Source of the DNA: Raillietiella orientalis
Taxonomy: Eukaryota
Length of the DNA stretch: 64,000 bases
NCBI GenBank assembly: GCA_036172245.1
Contig: JAYWIR010000025.1
Span: 2,790,001-2,854,000, forward strand
Direction of reading: 5' to 3'
How positions within the stretch are numbered: position 1 is the stretch's first letter; each line of letters starts with the position of its first letter. Positions 25,030-36,787 of this stretch are shown piece by piece. Below the pieces are notes generated by a model. That model had not been told where the DNA came from. It saw nothing but the letters and a program-made list of their open reading frames with translations, and searched no databases. Position numbers and translations under genes: made by a program.

Positions 25030-25053
25030 TGAGTCATTGGTTGTCATAGTAAC
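25030..25053. promoter_or_regulatory. Overlapping AP-1 (TGAGTCA), inverted CCAAT (ATTGG) and RFX X-box (GTTGTCATAGTAAC)
   Basis: The sequence tgagtcattggttgtcatagtaac is directly visible. Confidence 0.45.
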
Positions 25054-25329
25054 AGCAACAGCATAAGAAGAGTAGGGGAGAAAAAAACGAAACTGGGTGA
25101 GTATGCCGAGCGCTGGCTGAGTCTTCTAGAACCTCCCTGCTTGAGGAATCGGCGCCCACAGTGGGGTCATGGCTGGAGATCTTTCTGGGGATGATCAGCC
25201 TCCCCGAGCAACGAGTCCACTGGCTGCGCAGCCTCCGACTCAGCCGGTCGCATCCTTTCCGAGCACGTAGGGTGGACCTAGGAAGGGCGACGCATGACTG
25301 CACCTTCGGATTTCCTTCTGCTTCATCTG

Positions 25330-25900
25330 CAACTCTCCGATGGTCTGCTTGTTCAGACAGAACGTTCCCAGAGAGTTGGAGTTGAAACCCGGCGTTTCAG
25401 GGGAAACGGCAAGCCAGCGCGTGGCTCCTTAGGAATTTTCGCCAACGGCAGAGGAGGAGACGAGGCAGAAGCGTCGAGGACTGGACCTCCTCTCCATCTG
25501 CGAAGGAAGACCCGCCACTGCAAGAGGAACGGTGGGGATCCCCCTCCCCTGCGTGAGAAATTGGCAGGACCTCTCCTGCACGCCCCCGACCACTGCACCC
25601 GCACCTTCCACGCGGTCGCGAGACGACGAGGTTGACGAGGAAACGACGACGGTAGGCCGGTGCGGAAGAGGAGCTGCTCCTGCGTCCACCGGCCGGTCCA
25701 TCAGCGGGACGGTCCGCAGCTGCCCCTCGGATCCCCTTCGGACTCTGGAGAGAAGATCGGGCCGCCCTACTCGACGCGAATTGTCCCTTCGAAGGTCAAC
25801 CGGCGGCTTCCGAAGGCCCCAGGAAAGCGAGAGGCAGAGAGCGCTGGGGCCTGCCTATGCACCTCCCTTTCGGATCCACTCCTTCCCCTTCCCCCGGTGC
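25330..25900 (+). mobile_element. Possible decayed LINE RT relic
   Basis: SACSDRTFPESWS then NPAFQGKRQ...LRNFRQ resemble g.fP..Wk and K.g....nyRPI. Downstream motifs are weak. Confidence 0.25.
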
Positions 25901-27767
25901 ACATGGCCCCGAGGCGGGATCCCTTGGCTCATAGGGCCTGGCCAGCGACGAAGCCCGCAGGGCAACCGGGAGTCGTCCGGCACCGCTCCCGCCGCCTGAT
26001 CCCGGGAGTGCATCGAAGGACCCTCCTGCAGTGACCCTCCGGCCGCGCCACGCCCCGAGATGACAGTGAAGGAGCTGCCTGAGGACCTGAGAGACAAAGG
26101 GGTCTCCGGAGCTATGTCGATCCCCCTCCCGGTGCAGGCGAACCTCCGAAATCACCGGATGGATAGATAGGGAGGGGCTTGCGAGGAGGATGGAGAAGGG
26201 GAGCTGCAATTTTCCTCTGTCCGCGTCTCGGACTTCGGGTGAACGCGGCCGCCCAGCAGGGAGAGCTCCCCGCGCGTCTCCAGCACGCTGGGACCGCCGC
26301 GCGTTTCCCTGTAGCGCGCTCTGAGCGCTGCTACTCCGCCGAGGCGGGGGCAGGCCGAGGCGCGGTCTGCACTCGCAGACCGGGGAAACGCCCGAGGGTT
26401 CTTCGCGGAGTCATCTCCGGAGCGAGACATCGCTGTTTCCATGACGCAGGTTCGGGGCCCACCCAGGGGCAGCCTCACCCTACCGCTCCCCACGCGCGTC
26501 CACTCATGCACGTTCCTCCCCTCATTCCTGGGTGATGGTGCGGAGAAGCGTCCTTGACTTTCCCTTCCTCCCCCTCCCCTCTCGCACGCAAGGGTCCAAT
26601 CGGGAGTTCCGAAAATCCCTCAGCGGTGGCGTGGAATGTCCCGGGGAGGCGAGGGAGCGAGATATCTTCGGAGTCGGCGTCCCAGAGATGGACCGGAGTG
26701 GGTGGCAGGCGAATCAGAAGCATTCTGTGAACGAGTGAGTCCACGCGCGGCATCCAGGAAGCGGACTGGGGGCAGCAGGATCTGCAGGACAGTAGCTGTG
26801 CAGGCTGACGGCAGGAACGCTGCTCGTGCTCCAGCGTGAAGGAAGGCTGATTGGGAGAGGAGCACCACGAGTGATGGGTTCTGTGGAGGGGGACCCAGCC
26901 GCACAGAAGAGGAGAGGGGATGAAAGCAGGGACGCTCGCCCGCCGAGATGTCCTCAGCTCTCGGAAGGGGGCCGGGAAGAGGGACCCTCCGTGCCTTTTC
27001 GCGGCTCTGCCCCTTTCTGCTGACAAAGCTCCCGCCGGCTCTTCGAGCGGACCGTCGGCGTGCAACCCGTCTAGACATCCGTCCACTAAAGGAAGAGGAG
27101 AAGGAAAGGAGGAGGAGAAGGAAGAAAGGATGAAGTGGATGACGAGTATGCGGATGAGACAGATGTGGAGGAGGAGGAGGAAAAGGAGGGAGCATCCGCG
27201 GACCCTCTTCGAGTGAGTCGTTCCGAGCACGCAGCCAAGGGAGCTGCTCCCGACGCCCACCCGCGTGCTTTCCCGCTGCTCGGCCGCGAGACCCGGCTGC
27301 ACAGACTGAGGAAGGAACTGCGGCTGCGTCCAAGGGAAGATGGGAAAGGTGCATCGCGCGCGTCCATCTGCGAAAGGAGGCAGGACTGCTAACGGGATTC
27401 TTTTTCCTTTTTTTTCCCCTCTTCTTTCTTCGCTCTCCCGCCTCGCTTGCGTGAAGGAGGGAGAGGCGGGGGAGCGGAGACTCCAGCCGGAGACAGGACG
27501 GGCCAATTTCGTAAACTGGAACACAGCGAAAACAAGCGAACGAGGTTGTTTGGTCGCCGAGGACCTTCGCGCTGCGGTTGCAGCAGCGCAAGACCTCCAA
27601 GAGAAAAAGAAAAGGAGGAAGAAGAAGAAGAGGAAGAAATCCCAAACGAGACAAAAAAAAAAACAAAAAACGAAAAAAAGGAAGAAAGAAATCGTCGGGG
27701 AGCGTGCGACGAGCGCTGTTTATTTGCGAGGCGGGTCGCTTCTCTTTAACTGAAGGCTCGGCGGTCC

Positions 27768-28080
27768 GTGACGAAAATACCGCTGGCCACGTTTATTGTC
27801 CCGTGCGGACTTCCCGCTTGCGAGAAGGGTGATCGGGGAGAGGAAGAGAGACTTCTGGCACCCTCATGTCCACGAGGGAGCGGGGACTTCAAGGCGAGGA
27901 AGAATGCAACCTTCCGCGCGGCCTGGCTTGCACTGAATGACGCGCGTATGCGCCCACGCGAGGACGCACACCGGCTTGATGGCTGGACGGAGGAGTTGCC
28001 TCCTGGGAAGGGGAGAGCATGCACGCATCGCTGGGATACATGGCGAAGCATCAAGGGAGATGCAGGGATTGGTAGACGCT
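27768..28080 (+). pseudogene. EEP/APE-type retrotransposon endonuclease relic
   Basis: LATFIVPCG...GSGDFKARKNA...WLALNDA...RLDGW...RWDTW parallels i.svY.Pp...GDFNA.h..W...lN...iD...W of LINE endonucleases. Confidence 0.4.
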
Positions 28081-28749
28081 TTTCCGCACCTCCCTCCCCC
28101 CGAGCGCGCGGACCCACTGTGCTCGGGGGTGCCGCTGAGGCGTTCCCCCGCCGCCGCGTCGAGGAAGAGGAAGCTACCCGCGCGCCGCCGTTGTCCACGG
28201 GGTGCCATGTGCCGCCCTGTCAGGCTGAGATGGCAGCCTCGCGGAGCGAGGTTCGAGCGGCCGAACGGACCCTAGGCGGGGGAGTGGGGAGAGGGAGGGA
28301 GGGAGACGCTATTGCAAGTGGCATTCCCGGTATCCCCTCGCAACCTCCTGTGCGTCTGCAGAGGCTAAACGGGGCGGATGGCTTGCAGCCGCCATGATCC
28401 GGCCGAGAGATCGAAAGAGACTCCGCGGCTGCTGCGCGCCCAGCCTCGCAGTGGCAGTTTCCGAGTTCCACCCCCCTCCCTGGCTCCCTTCCTTTCCGGG
28501 GCTCTCGGATGCTCTTCGCTGACCGCTTTGGAGAGGAGGAGGAGGGACACAGCGGCGGTCCGGCGTGTGGTGCAGAACGGGGTCAACACCGGCTGCACCC
28601 CCCCTACTGCGTGCCCTTTGCGTCGCTTGTGCGGCGTCTGCGCGGGGAACACGTGACTGCTGTGTGCATGCATCTCGTGGCCGTCTCTCTCCATTGTCGG
28701 CTGACTTCTCGGCCCGGGGCATCTGCTCACCTGGAGGCGGACCACACGG

Positions 28750-31256
28750 GAAGCCTGAGTGGGAACGGTACGATCGCTACGGCGACGGCAGCCGGGGTGG
28801 GGTCGGTTTTCGGAGCTCCACGCGCGCGCAGACGAGATCGTTCCCTTAGGCGGGAAAGTGCGCATCCGAAGCTGCGTGCCCGACGGGTCAACCAGGGTCG
28901 CCACGGGGTTCTTGGCACCACGCCCTGGAGCGCACTGCTTCGGTAAACGGAGACCAGCAAACAGCAAAGCAGCTCGCCCAAGTACACAACTCCTGTGTGT
29001 ACATTGTGCGCGAGCTGTACGTCGCCGTCATCTGAGTGTCCCACGTTCCATAGAGATATCCGCATCCCGCAACAGGCGCACCGATGAAATCTCCACGTGC
29101 GTCATGCCTAAGACGGGTCCAAGTGGGAGCGTCTTTTGTCCACGCGACGTTCTGTCCCGCGCGTACGCTTTCTCGGAGGCGTGATTCCTGCGGCGAGTGC
29201 CGCACATTCCTGGAGATGCAGGGAAGAACTCGTCGCCCGCGCAAAGACTTCGCAGCGCTTTCCCCACGGGGGGGCGCGGGTTCGCGGCGGCGACCCCGGG
29301 CGCGCGGGTGGGTCCCCGGCACCGCTGCTCGTCGCCCCGGCACGCTCACTCTGCGGAGCATCCAGCAATCCATCACCGCGTAATCGCGTCGGAGTCACTG
29401 CATTCCAGGGGATCTGTTTGTGACCCGAATCCACGGGGCAAAGGGCGGTGGGAAAAGAACATCCACGCTCTGCGGTGTCGCACCGCTTCCGTAGGCGCGC
29501 GCGGAGTGTGCATCTGGCAGCTTCGCTTCCGGAGCCGTGCCTCTCGGAAATTCCCCGGGAGAGCCACCTCTGGCCTTGGTTGAGGTCCTCGCCGCCCGAG
29601 GTCTCCTTGACTGCCACGCCGGTCACTCACTCGCTGCCTGCGTCGCCCGAACTCTTTCGAGTTCAGTAGACGCGGGGATGCGAGCTGCTTCGTTCCGTCC
29701 GGTCCGGTTTCCTTGGTGAACGCCTGAGCCTTCCTCCCCTAGCTGCTCCCCCCACCACCCGAAGACCCTTCCGGTCTTCTGCGGAGCTCGGCTAAGACGC
29801 ACGGGCGTTTGGGGTGCGCCCGCCCTGTGTGTATCGAGCTCAGAAGTCCCTGACGAGCTTCACCTTGTGCGGGGAGTCGGGCGACAGGGGCCAGACGGCG
29901 GTCCCGCCCTGGACGACCTTGAGCTCCCGGAAGACCTCTCGAACGCCGAAGGTCAGGTTGCTCGTGCAGTAGCGGAACTCCGGGCTCGTGGCATCGGGCT
30001 GGACATCGAAGCAGCTGGTGGCTTCCCGAACAAACAAGTGGCCGCACGCGGACGGGACGCGAACGGCCTTCAGCTGACCGTACCACGGCTCCAGTTCCAG
30101 GTTCTCCAGCATTCCCTGCAGGAGGAGGATGTCTGGGTGGTTTATCTCCTTCAGGCACATGGTGCAACGTTCGCTGCACACCAGGTTCTTGAAGAGGCAC
30201 AGTAGCAGCAGATGCAGCCCGTCCGCCGAGGAGGGGGGGGGTATGTGGTGCTTGAATATCCCGCACCGGTCCCCGTGGGAGGGGGCGTCCCTCCCTGCCG
30301 TCGATGCGCCAGCAGTCCCTCGAGCAGCAGCAGCAGCAGCTCGCCCGTGACCTCCTTGTTTGTGCCGATTCCGTCTCGGACTGCTGCCTCCGCTGCGCCT
30401 TGTCTTTCGAGGGCTCCGCTCGGAGGCAGCGGCTTCTCCTGAACGACTGCTGGAAAGATGGGTCGGGGGGAGTCTGTGGCGAATCCGGAGTCCCCCCAAA
30501 GCCTCTGAGGACGTCGGCTTTGCGCAGGCGGGAAAACGAGGCCGGAGGACGACAATCTTCGGGCTTCTCGGGCGTTGCCTTCCGAAGAGAGCGCTGCGCC
30601 CCCGCCAGTGCCCGCGCGTCCCACGAGAGCAAGAGAGCTGCTACTTTCTCCAGAGAGCGTCGGGAATGCCCTGCCAAGGGGGTCGTCACCTCGACGAGGG
30701 TTCGCTCTCGTCTTTCATCTCCGGCGGCCGGCTTGCTTGCGAAGCCGAACGGAACGCGCTGGAAGATGGTGTGCGGGGCGAAGAGCTGCCTGGCTGGCTT
30801 CCCGTTCCCTTTCCGCCGGTTCCGGAAGGAGAGGAGGAGTGACCGCACCAAGGAACTGCGTTGCCGAGCGAAAGCGCCAAGGTCGTTTCGCCATCGGCGA
30901 CCCCTTTGCTGCCTCTTCTTATGCACGTGCACCTGTCTTCTTCTTATGTAAGCGCCCAGACACGTGTCCATGTACCCACACGTTCGGCATGCGCTGCCAG
31001 GAAGGGACCCTTGTCGGTTCTGTCTGAGGGACTGTGTGGGAGGATTCTCGTCTCCCACCTGCGTACCTGAGCGTTCCGAACCTCGCGATCCCACGAATAA
31101 GCGGGCAAACGAAGCCTGCGACAGAGTGCTGCGGGTCGCGCGCGCGTACATCCCGCGCGGCGCACGCGTGTCGTTTTCTTGGTCTTGGAACCAGGAAGTA
31201 GCCGACAGCTCGTCTCTGGGTTCCCTTGTAAAGATGCGAGTGCATTGAGAAAGCAA
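28750..31256 (-). mobile_element. Probable Helentron/Helitron2-type relic: Rep-Hel linker, PIF1-like helicase, C-terminal endonuclease
   Basis: In order on the minus strand: MYARATRSTLSQASFA (~31150), LGAYIRRR...SLLLSFRN (~30960-30820), PPTGTGAG (~30270, motif Ia-like), KEIN...EPWYGQL (~30150-30070), KQIP / CWMLRRVSVPG / EVFARATSSSLHL (~29415-29213, motif V-VI-like), then RISLWNV, LLVSVYRS and PKGT (~29060-28840, EEP-like). Multiple frameshifts. Confidence 0.45.
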
Positions 31257-32073
31257 AAATATTCTTCAGCGCTGAACTATGCTACTCTCTTAACTTGCGG
31301 TCATGGAGGTCACGCTTTGCGAGGCAAAGACATAAAAGTAAATCACTGGCTGTGATTGCATTCCGATGAGAAATGGGGGGAAGGGGGGGGAGGGAATTCC
31401 GCTCAGAATCGCTGCTGCTTTATTCGGGAGAAGGGAAGGGAGGGGGGGGGGGGGGTTGAATTCTCACGGATCCCTTGCGTGCGTGCGTGTGTTTGCGCTC
31501 CATTCATTCACGCCGAGCGTGCTCCCGGTTCGTACTATTCGTACACGGAGCCGTTTTTTTTGCTTCCTTTCGAGCCGTGTGTCGACGGGCTGTACCAGAA
31601 ATGGCAGACTTTGTGAATGGGCAGTTCCCGAAAAGATCACACACGTGGAAGAGCGGAATCTCATTTCTCTCCGCGCGCAGGCACCAGCAGAGAAGCAGTC
31701 ACTTTTGCTCTTTGCTGACGTGATTCGGGCACTTCTCGGCCAGCGGTCATTTGGCTCTGTTCAGGAGAAACACGAGGTTGTGACACTCGAGGCGCTGCTC
31801 GCAAGAATGATGGCGACCAGGCACAAGAACACAAGCTGGAAGCACGGAGGTGAGGCAGTTGCCACTTGCTGGAGGCGCGGATCCATTGCTTTTGCAGTTC
31901 TTGCGCGTTTGTGCTTCGGCGTGGCTTATGAGTGGAGTGGGCGTCTGGCGCGTCGCCTGAGAGCTTCCTCCGAGTGCACCGGCTGCTCTCGGTGCTCGCA
32001 GCGGTTGAACTCACTGCTCTTACGCAACAGCTCAATGAATCGTGAGCATCTTCTTGAGATGATTTACAAAGAC

Positions 32074-32102
32074 AATAAAAAAAAAAAAAAAAAAAAAAAA
32101 AA
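32074..32102 (+). other. AATAAA fused to a 26-nt poly(A) tract, possible retroposed 3' tail
   Basis: gacAATAAAAAA...; no target-site duplication was found by eye. Confidence 0.45.
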
Positions 32103-32197
32103 CGAAATCTGAGTGACCACTCGTTCTCATGGGTGATTCTTGAACATCAGTTGCAATTCTTGCTCGGGACTGCGCCCTTAAAAGTGTGCACTGCATC

Positions 32198-32201
<4 letters not shown>

Positions 32202-32238
<37 letters not shown>
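32202..32238. repeat. (GA)~18 microsatellite
   Basis: Directly visible. Confidence 0.95.
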
Positions 32239-32243
<5 letters not shown>

Positions 32244-32492
32244 ACATATCCGCCTGATGAGATGTTCCAGCCTCCGAGTGTATTTTTTGCTCACTCTCCC
32301 TAGAATGCATCCCGATGGTTTTCTTCCTGAATGAAATGCCCTTTTCTCGGAGGAGAATCTTTCTTAAAGGAGAGAGGGAACAGAACAACAAAAAGACAAA
32401 AAACAAAAGCAGAAACAAAAATGGAAGCGATGCAGCAAAAAAAAAAAAAAAAACCACGCACACACTCTCAGGGTGGAAAAAGCCACGTTTTT

Positions 32493-32506
32493 GTTTCCAT
32501 GGAAAC
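32493..32506. promoter_or_regulatory. Perfectly palindromic RFX X-box GTTTCCATGGAAAC
   Basis: Exact 14-bp palindrome matching the X-box consensus. Confidence 0.5.
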
Positions 32507-33881
32507 GAGCCTAACGACTGCATTTTCCGCCTCAGTGGCTTTCGATTACGTAAAACTCGCTACTCACGCCGAATGTATTTATCAAAATGTTATCGCGCGC
32601 GTTCATCTGATTCCTCGTACTAGTCCGGTTCTGCCAATGCAGAGATTCTGGAGCCGCTGGGAAAGAAGGCGATGTTTATCTCCGTCCAACACTCAGCTCC
32701 TCGCAAGCCGGGGAGAGAGAGATGGCAGCACTGCGTGCCTCTCGGTGCTAACAATGAACGGCCTTGGCTCGTGGTGCACGCAGTCGATTACGCGGCCGGG
32801 CCTGCTGCGGGGGCTCTCGTGCGCACTTGCACGCTGGCAAGCGCGCGGGCCGCGCACGCGTGGATGCAGTCCGAGTCAGCAGCTACATGTGGTGGTGGTG
32901 GTGGTGGTGGTGTGCTGGCTGCGCGCTTTCATCTGAGCCAAAGCGCCGACGAGCTTAGCGGCGCTGCTGCTAGGCTGCCGATCCAAAAGGGCGACTTCCT
33001 TTCTTCTCCCCTCCTCCCCCCCTCGTGTGCGCGCGTTCCGATTACTGTGCAGAATGGGAGCTCGGATGAGGAAGTGTGAGAGAGATCGCAGAGTGCCAAG
33101 GCGCACCGTGGAGTGTGAGCTGGCGGCGGCTCGACCTTTCTATTTTTGCGGCGGAGGCTCCTGCCTGGCCGCGTCGCCGAGCCGGGGGGAGAACGACAAA
33201 GTGGCGAAACGCCTTCCAGCCCGCTGCGATTAGGATCTCACCCCAGCAGGAGGAGCATCGAGGGCCCCCACGTCGTTTCGAAACCTTCGTTCCCTCCCCC
33301 CCCCCCCATTCTCGATCGATCGATCGATCGGACGCACGCGGTCCGAACGCTTTTAGGGCAACATGGTGGCGCTCGGGGCAGCGTCACTTTGGCTGGCGGT
33401 TTCCGGAGTCTCCGCAAGAGTGTTCCTTTTATTTCGTCTTGAAGGGGGTGATGGGGCGGAAGCGCGCTTGAGGATGCGCAGCAGGCTGTGCCGGCTTCAC
33501 GAGGACCGCCTCCTCCCCCATTGGATTTCTGAGAGAGGCATCGACGTGGGGGCATCCTACCGAAGGAAGGGGTGCCTGCCGCAATCCGGTTCCTCTTCCG
33601 GAAGGGAGGGAAGGGGAACCTGGACGTCTGCCGGGAGAGGGCAGGCGAGGACGGGGAGGGGAGCGAAAGGACAAAACTGGGGACCGTGACGCCACTGGGT
33701 TCGCATGCGGCCCAGAGTGAGGATTTGGCAACCGCGAAGGCCGCGTCTCGGTGGCAGCGCCATCTTTAAGCAGCGGCTGGGCACGCCTCCGTGGAGAAAG
33801 TGGACGCAGCGAGTGGCACACACCCACCTCGCCGGTCCAGCTGATTCTTCTCGTCCTTTTTTTTTTCCAGTTTTTTTTTTT

Positions 33882-33940
33882 TGTGTGTGTGTATGTGTGT
33901 ATGTATGTGTGTGTGTGTGTGTGTATGTGTGTGTGTGTGT
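33882..33940. repeat. Interrupted (TG)n microsatellite preceded by poly-T tracts
   Basis: Directly visible. Confidence 0.95.
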
Positions 33941-34216
33941 ATCTTCCGGGTTTTTTCTCGTTGCCTCGAGACGGACTCTCCTCCTGCAGGTTCGAACCGG
34001 TGGGCTGGGCGCTCCGTTCATTCCCGGGCGACGGCAGGTCGGCCGGGCGGCCTTCGTCCGTCTATCCCTCAAGTTTGCTGCTCGCCCGGTCGGGTTCGAA
34101 GGAGCCTCTGGCACCGTCCGTCCGCGAGACCTGCAAGGCAGCGCTGCTGCTGATCCAAGAGGAGAAGAAGCGATGACCCTTCCTACCCCAGCCGTCCAGC
34201 CCAACACAGACGCTGC

Positions 34217-35850
34217 GTGGAGCGGGAGGACCACTACCCGGAGGAGCTCGGGAGCTCCCGCAGAAGCGTGCAGGGGCCACACCCGGAAGAGAGGAGGGCA
34301 AGGAGAGGAGCGAGATCAGGCCCCACGCCATCCCCGACGAAGGACCGGGAGGAGGAGATCTGGTGGAGCCTCTGGTGGCAAGCAGATCGCCGTCAGGAGG
34401 GGTTCCGTCACGGACGGGGTCTGGAGGAGGGCGCAGTCGAGGGTCTCAGAACCCTCGAAACAGCAGCTTGCGGAGGAAGCAGAAGAGGAGGATGGGGAGA
34501 ATCCCGCAGGGGTAACGCTGCCCGGAGGAGGAAGGAGCAAGAGAGTCCCGTTGCCCGTGGGCCAGGCGTGCCCCTCCGTTTCAACTGGGACCCAAGGAAA
34601 GAGGAAAGACGTCAGGGGCCAGAGGGAAGAATGAGGGAAACTGGAGCGTCCCCACGTCGTCGTTCGGTCGTCAAGACTACGACGGAAAGACTCTGTGGAG
34701 TCGCCCGGGAGGACCCTGGAGGAACGAGAGCGACATCGGGCCCTTGAAACCGGCCTCCGGAGTCGCAGGCACGGAAGGGAAGGGTGTCCAAGAAGAGGGC
34801 CAGGCAGCAGCTGATGCGACCCTCCTCCTCGTGGGTCTTGCTGGTCTGCGTGCCTCGTGGCGGCCGCGACGAAGAAGACGATGTCTTTGGGAGCGGCTTT
34901 GCTGCACAGCAGACTGCCCGGGTTCCAAGCACCGGTGTTTCTCCCGATACGGTATGTACACATTCCCCGGAAACAGGTGGGCATTTCCTAACCAGGACAT
35001 CCGAATGCCGGTGCGGCGCGGCCGGACAACGGGGAAGAGAACTCAGGGGCACACAAAAACGCCCGAGGTTCGGGGCACAAAAAAACGCCCGAGGGCATCG
35101 TCTCTTCGCTCCAGTATCTGACCTTTCGGGGATCGTGGAGAAGGGGAGCAATCGGTTTGAGCCCTCGCTCCCGGTCGACTCTCCCCTTCCTTGCCTGGAG
35201 GAATAAGGGCAAGGAGGCACCTCCCGTCTCTGCGCTCCAGGGCCCGGGACGGTCCGGTCCTCTGGCAGGAAAGTGCGCCTGGGAGGGGGTGGCGGCGAGC
35301 GAAAGGAGGCAGGTGATGGCCCTCGGACGGCTTTGTTTCCCTTCCTACTACTGGATCGCGCATCCTTCGGTGGGGACCGCCGCAGGTGTAGGGACGGGTC
35401 TGCGCGAGGTATCCTGGAGACCGGCATCGCACTTCCTGCTCAGAATGGGAGCCGAGGGTTCGGGCAACTGCTGGTGGGCGAGCTGACGTCACGAACGACG
35501 ACGACCCCAGCCCCTTCCATAGCCAGCCGGGTCGTCCGGCGAATGACTCCTCGCATCCTCCTCCTCATCGTCCCTCAGGGGAAGAGGGTGAGCGCGACAC
35601 GCGCGCTTCTATGTGTACGAGGGGATCTAGCCGCCGCTCGCGTCCCGAAAGGGTCGTCCGCTGGAGGGAAGGGACGGAGGAAGAGGGGTAGCGTGGGGTG
35701 GGGTGGGGGAACGCAGGGAAGATAGGCACCCTCTCCGGGAGCCGCACCCTGAGGCCCTCCGGACGGAGGAGGCCCAGGGTCTCCCCGTGACGGCGGCGGC
35801 GGACACCGCATGCTGCTGGTCTCCTCCCCCTTACCGCCACTGCGCCCGGG
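34217..35850 (+). mobile_element. Decayed LINE RT relic (Jockey/CR1/R1-like motifs)
   Basis: DHYPEELG, RRQEGFRHGRGLEEGAVEGLRTLETA (domain 2, QyGFR.grs), KGVQEEG...TLLLVGLAGL (domain 4), EEDDVF (domain 5) and later TACCWSPP (Y...vWsP), all in the correct order. Confidence 0.5.
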
Positions 35851-36787
35851 GGACGTGGGTCAACTGGAACAGGGCTGCCAGGTCGCTCCCGGAAAATGGA
35901 ATGTGGGGAGTGAGGGGGGAGGGGAAGGGCAGGAGCGACTGTTCCTTCTTCCTGCTACCGGCTACTCTCGAACTCCGCTGCTGGCTGGAGTTAGTCAAAG
36001 GGACGGCGAGGGGGCCGCTTCCTCTGTCCCCCCCCCCATTCCTTTGGGACGCAGCGCCCCATTCCCATTCCCATCCACATCTCCCTTCCTCCACAGGGAT
36101 CCTCAGTCGGCAGCAGGAGCAGGGACGGAGGGGTCGGAGGAGAGGGAGGCGCCCTCCCGACAAGCGGTCCCCTCTGACCGTTTGTCGGGAGGCGGCGGGA
36201 ATTCCGGGTGACGAGTCCCGGCCCTTGCTCTCTCTCGGCGGAGCCTTCGGGACGGACTGCACGAGGGATACGCCACGCTGCACGCGCCTTGTCCCTCAAG
36301 GGGAGGAGGAGGTCTCGCTATCGTCTTTTGCTGGACAACAGGCGGCTGCACGCCACCTTCATCCCCTTCCCTTTTCCCGGAGGCGCCGGGTGTTCAGGCT
36401 GCCCTACGCCCCCTCCTGTTCCCTGCCGGGAGCATCCCGGAGCCACTGGATCGGAGAAGGCAAAAGCGGAGGAAAGGTGCCACCGCCACCCCGGCGGCAG
36501 GGGCGGGCGAGCGAGCAAGCCGGAGTGACGTCACCACCCTGACCTCCGGTTGCGCATCGGATTATTAATTGACGCCGGAGAAATTCCAGCTATGCTAATT
36601 GCACCTCGGGAATGCGCACCCCCCTCCTCCTCCTCCTCTCTCATCAAGGGGGCGGACAGCCTCAGGCAGGGGAGGGGGGTCAGCACCCGGGGCGAGAAGA
36701 GCGAACGCCCGTTCCGAGGTCGCGCGCGCGGTTGCCTTTCGCCTGCGCGAGGAGGGGGGGAGGACCCCGAGGGAGTCATTTCTCACC

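Noticed and set aside
26475..27753. 349/348-aa minus-strand ORFs
   Set aside because: They are driven by purine/pyrimidine simple repeats (GAG/GAA tracts) and show no domain evidence.
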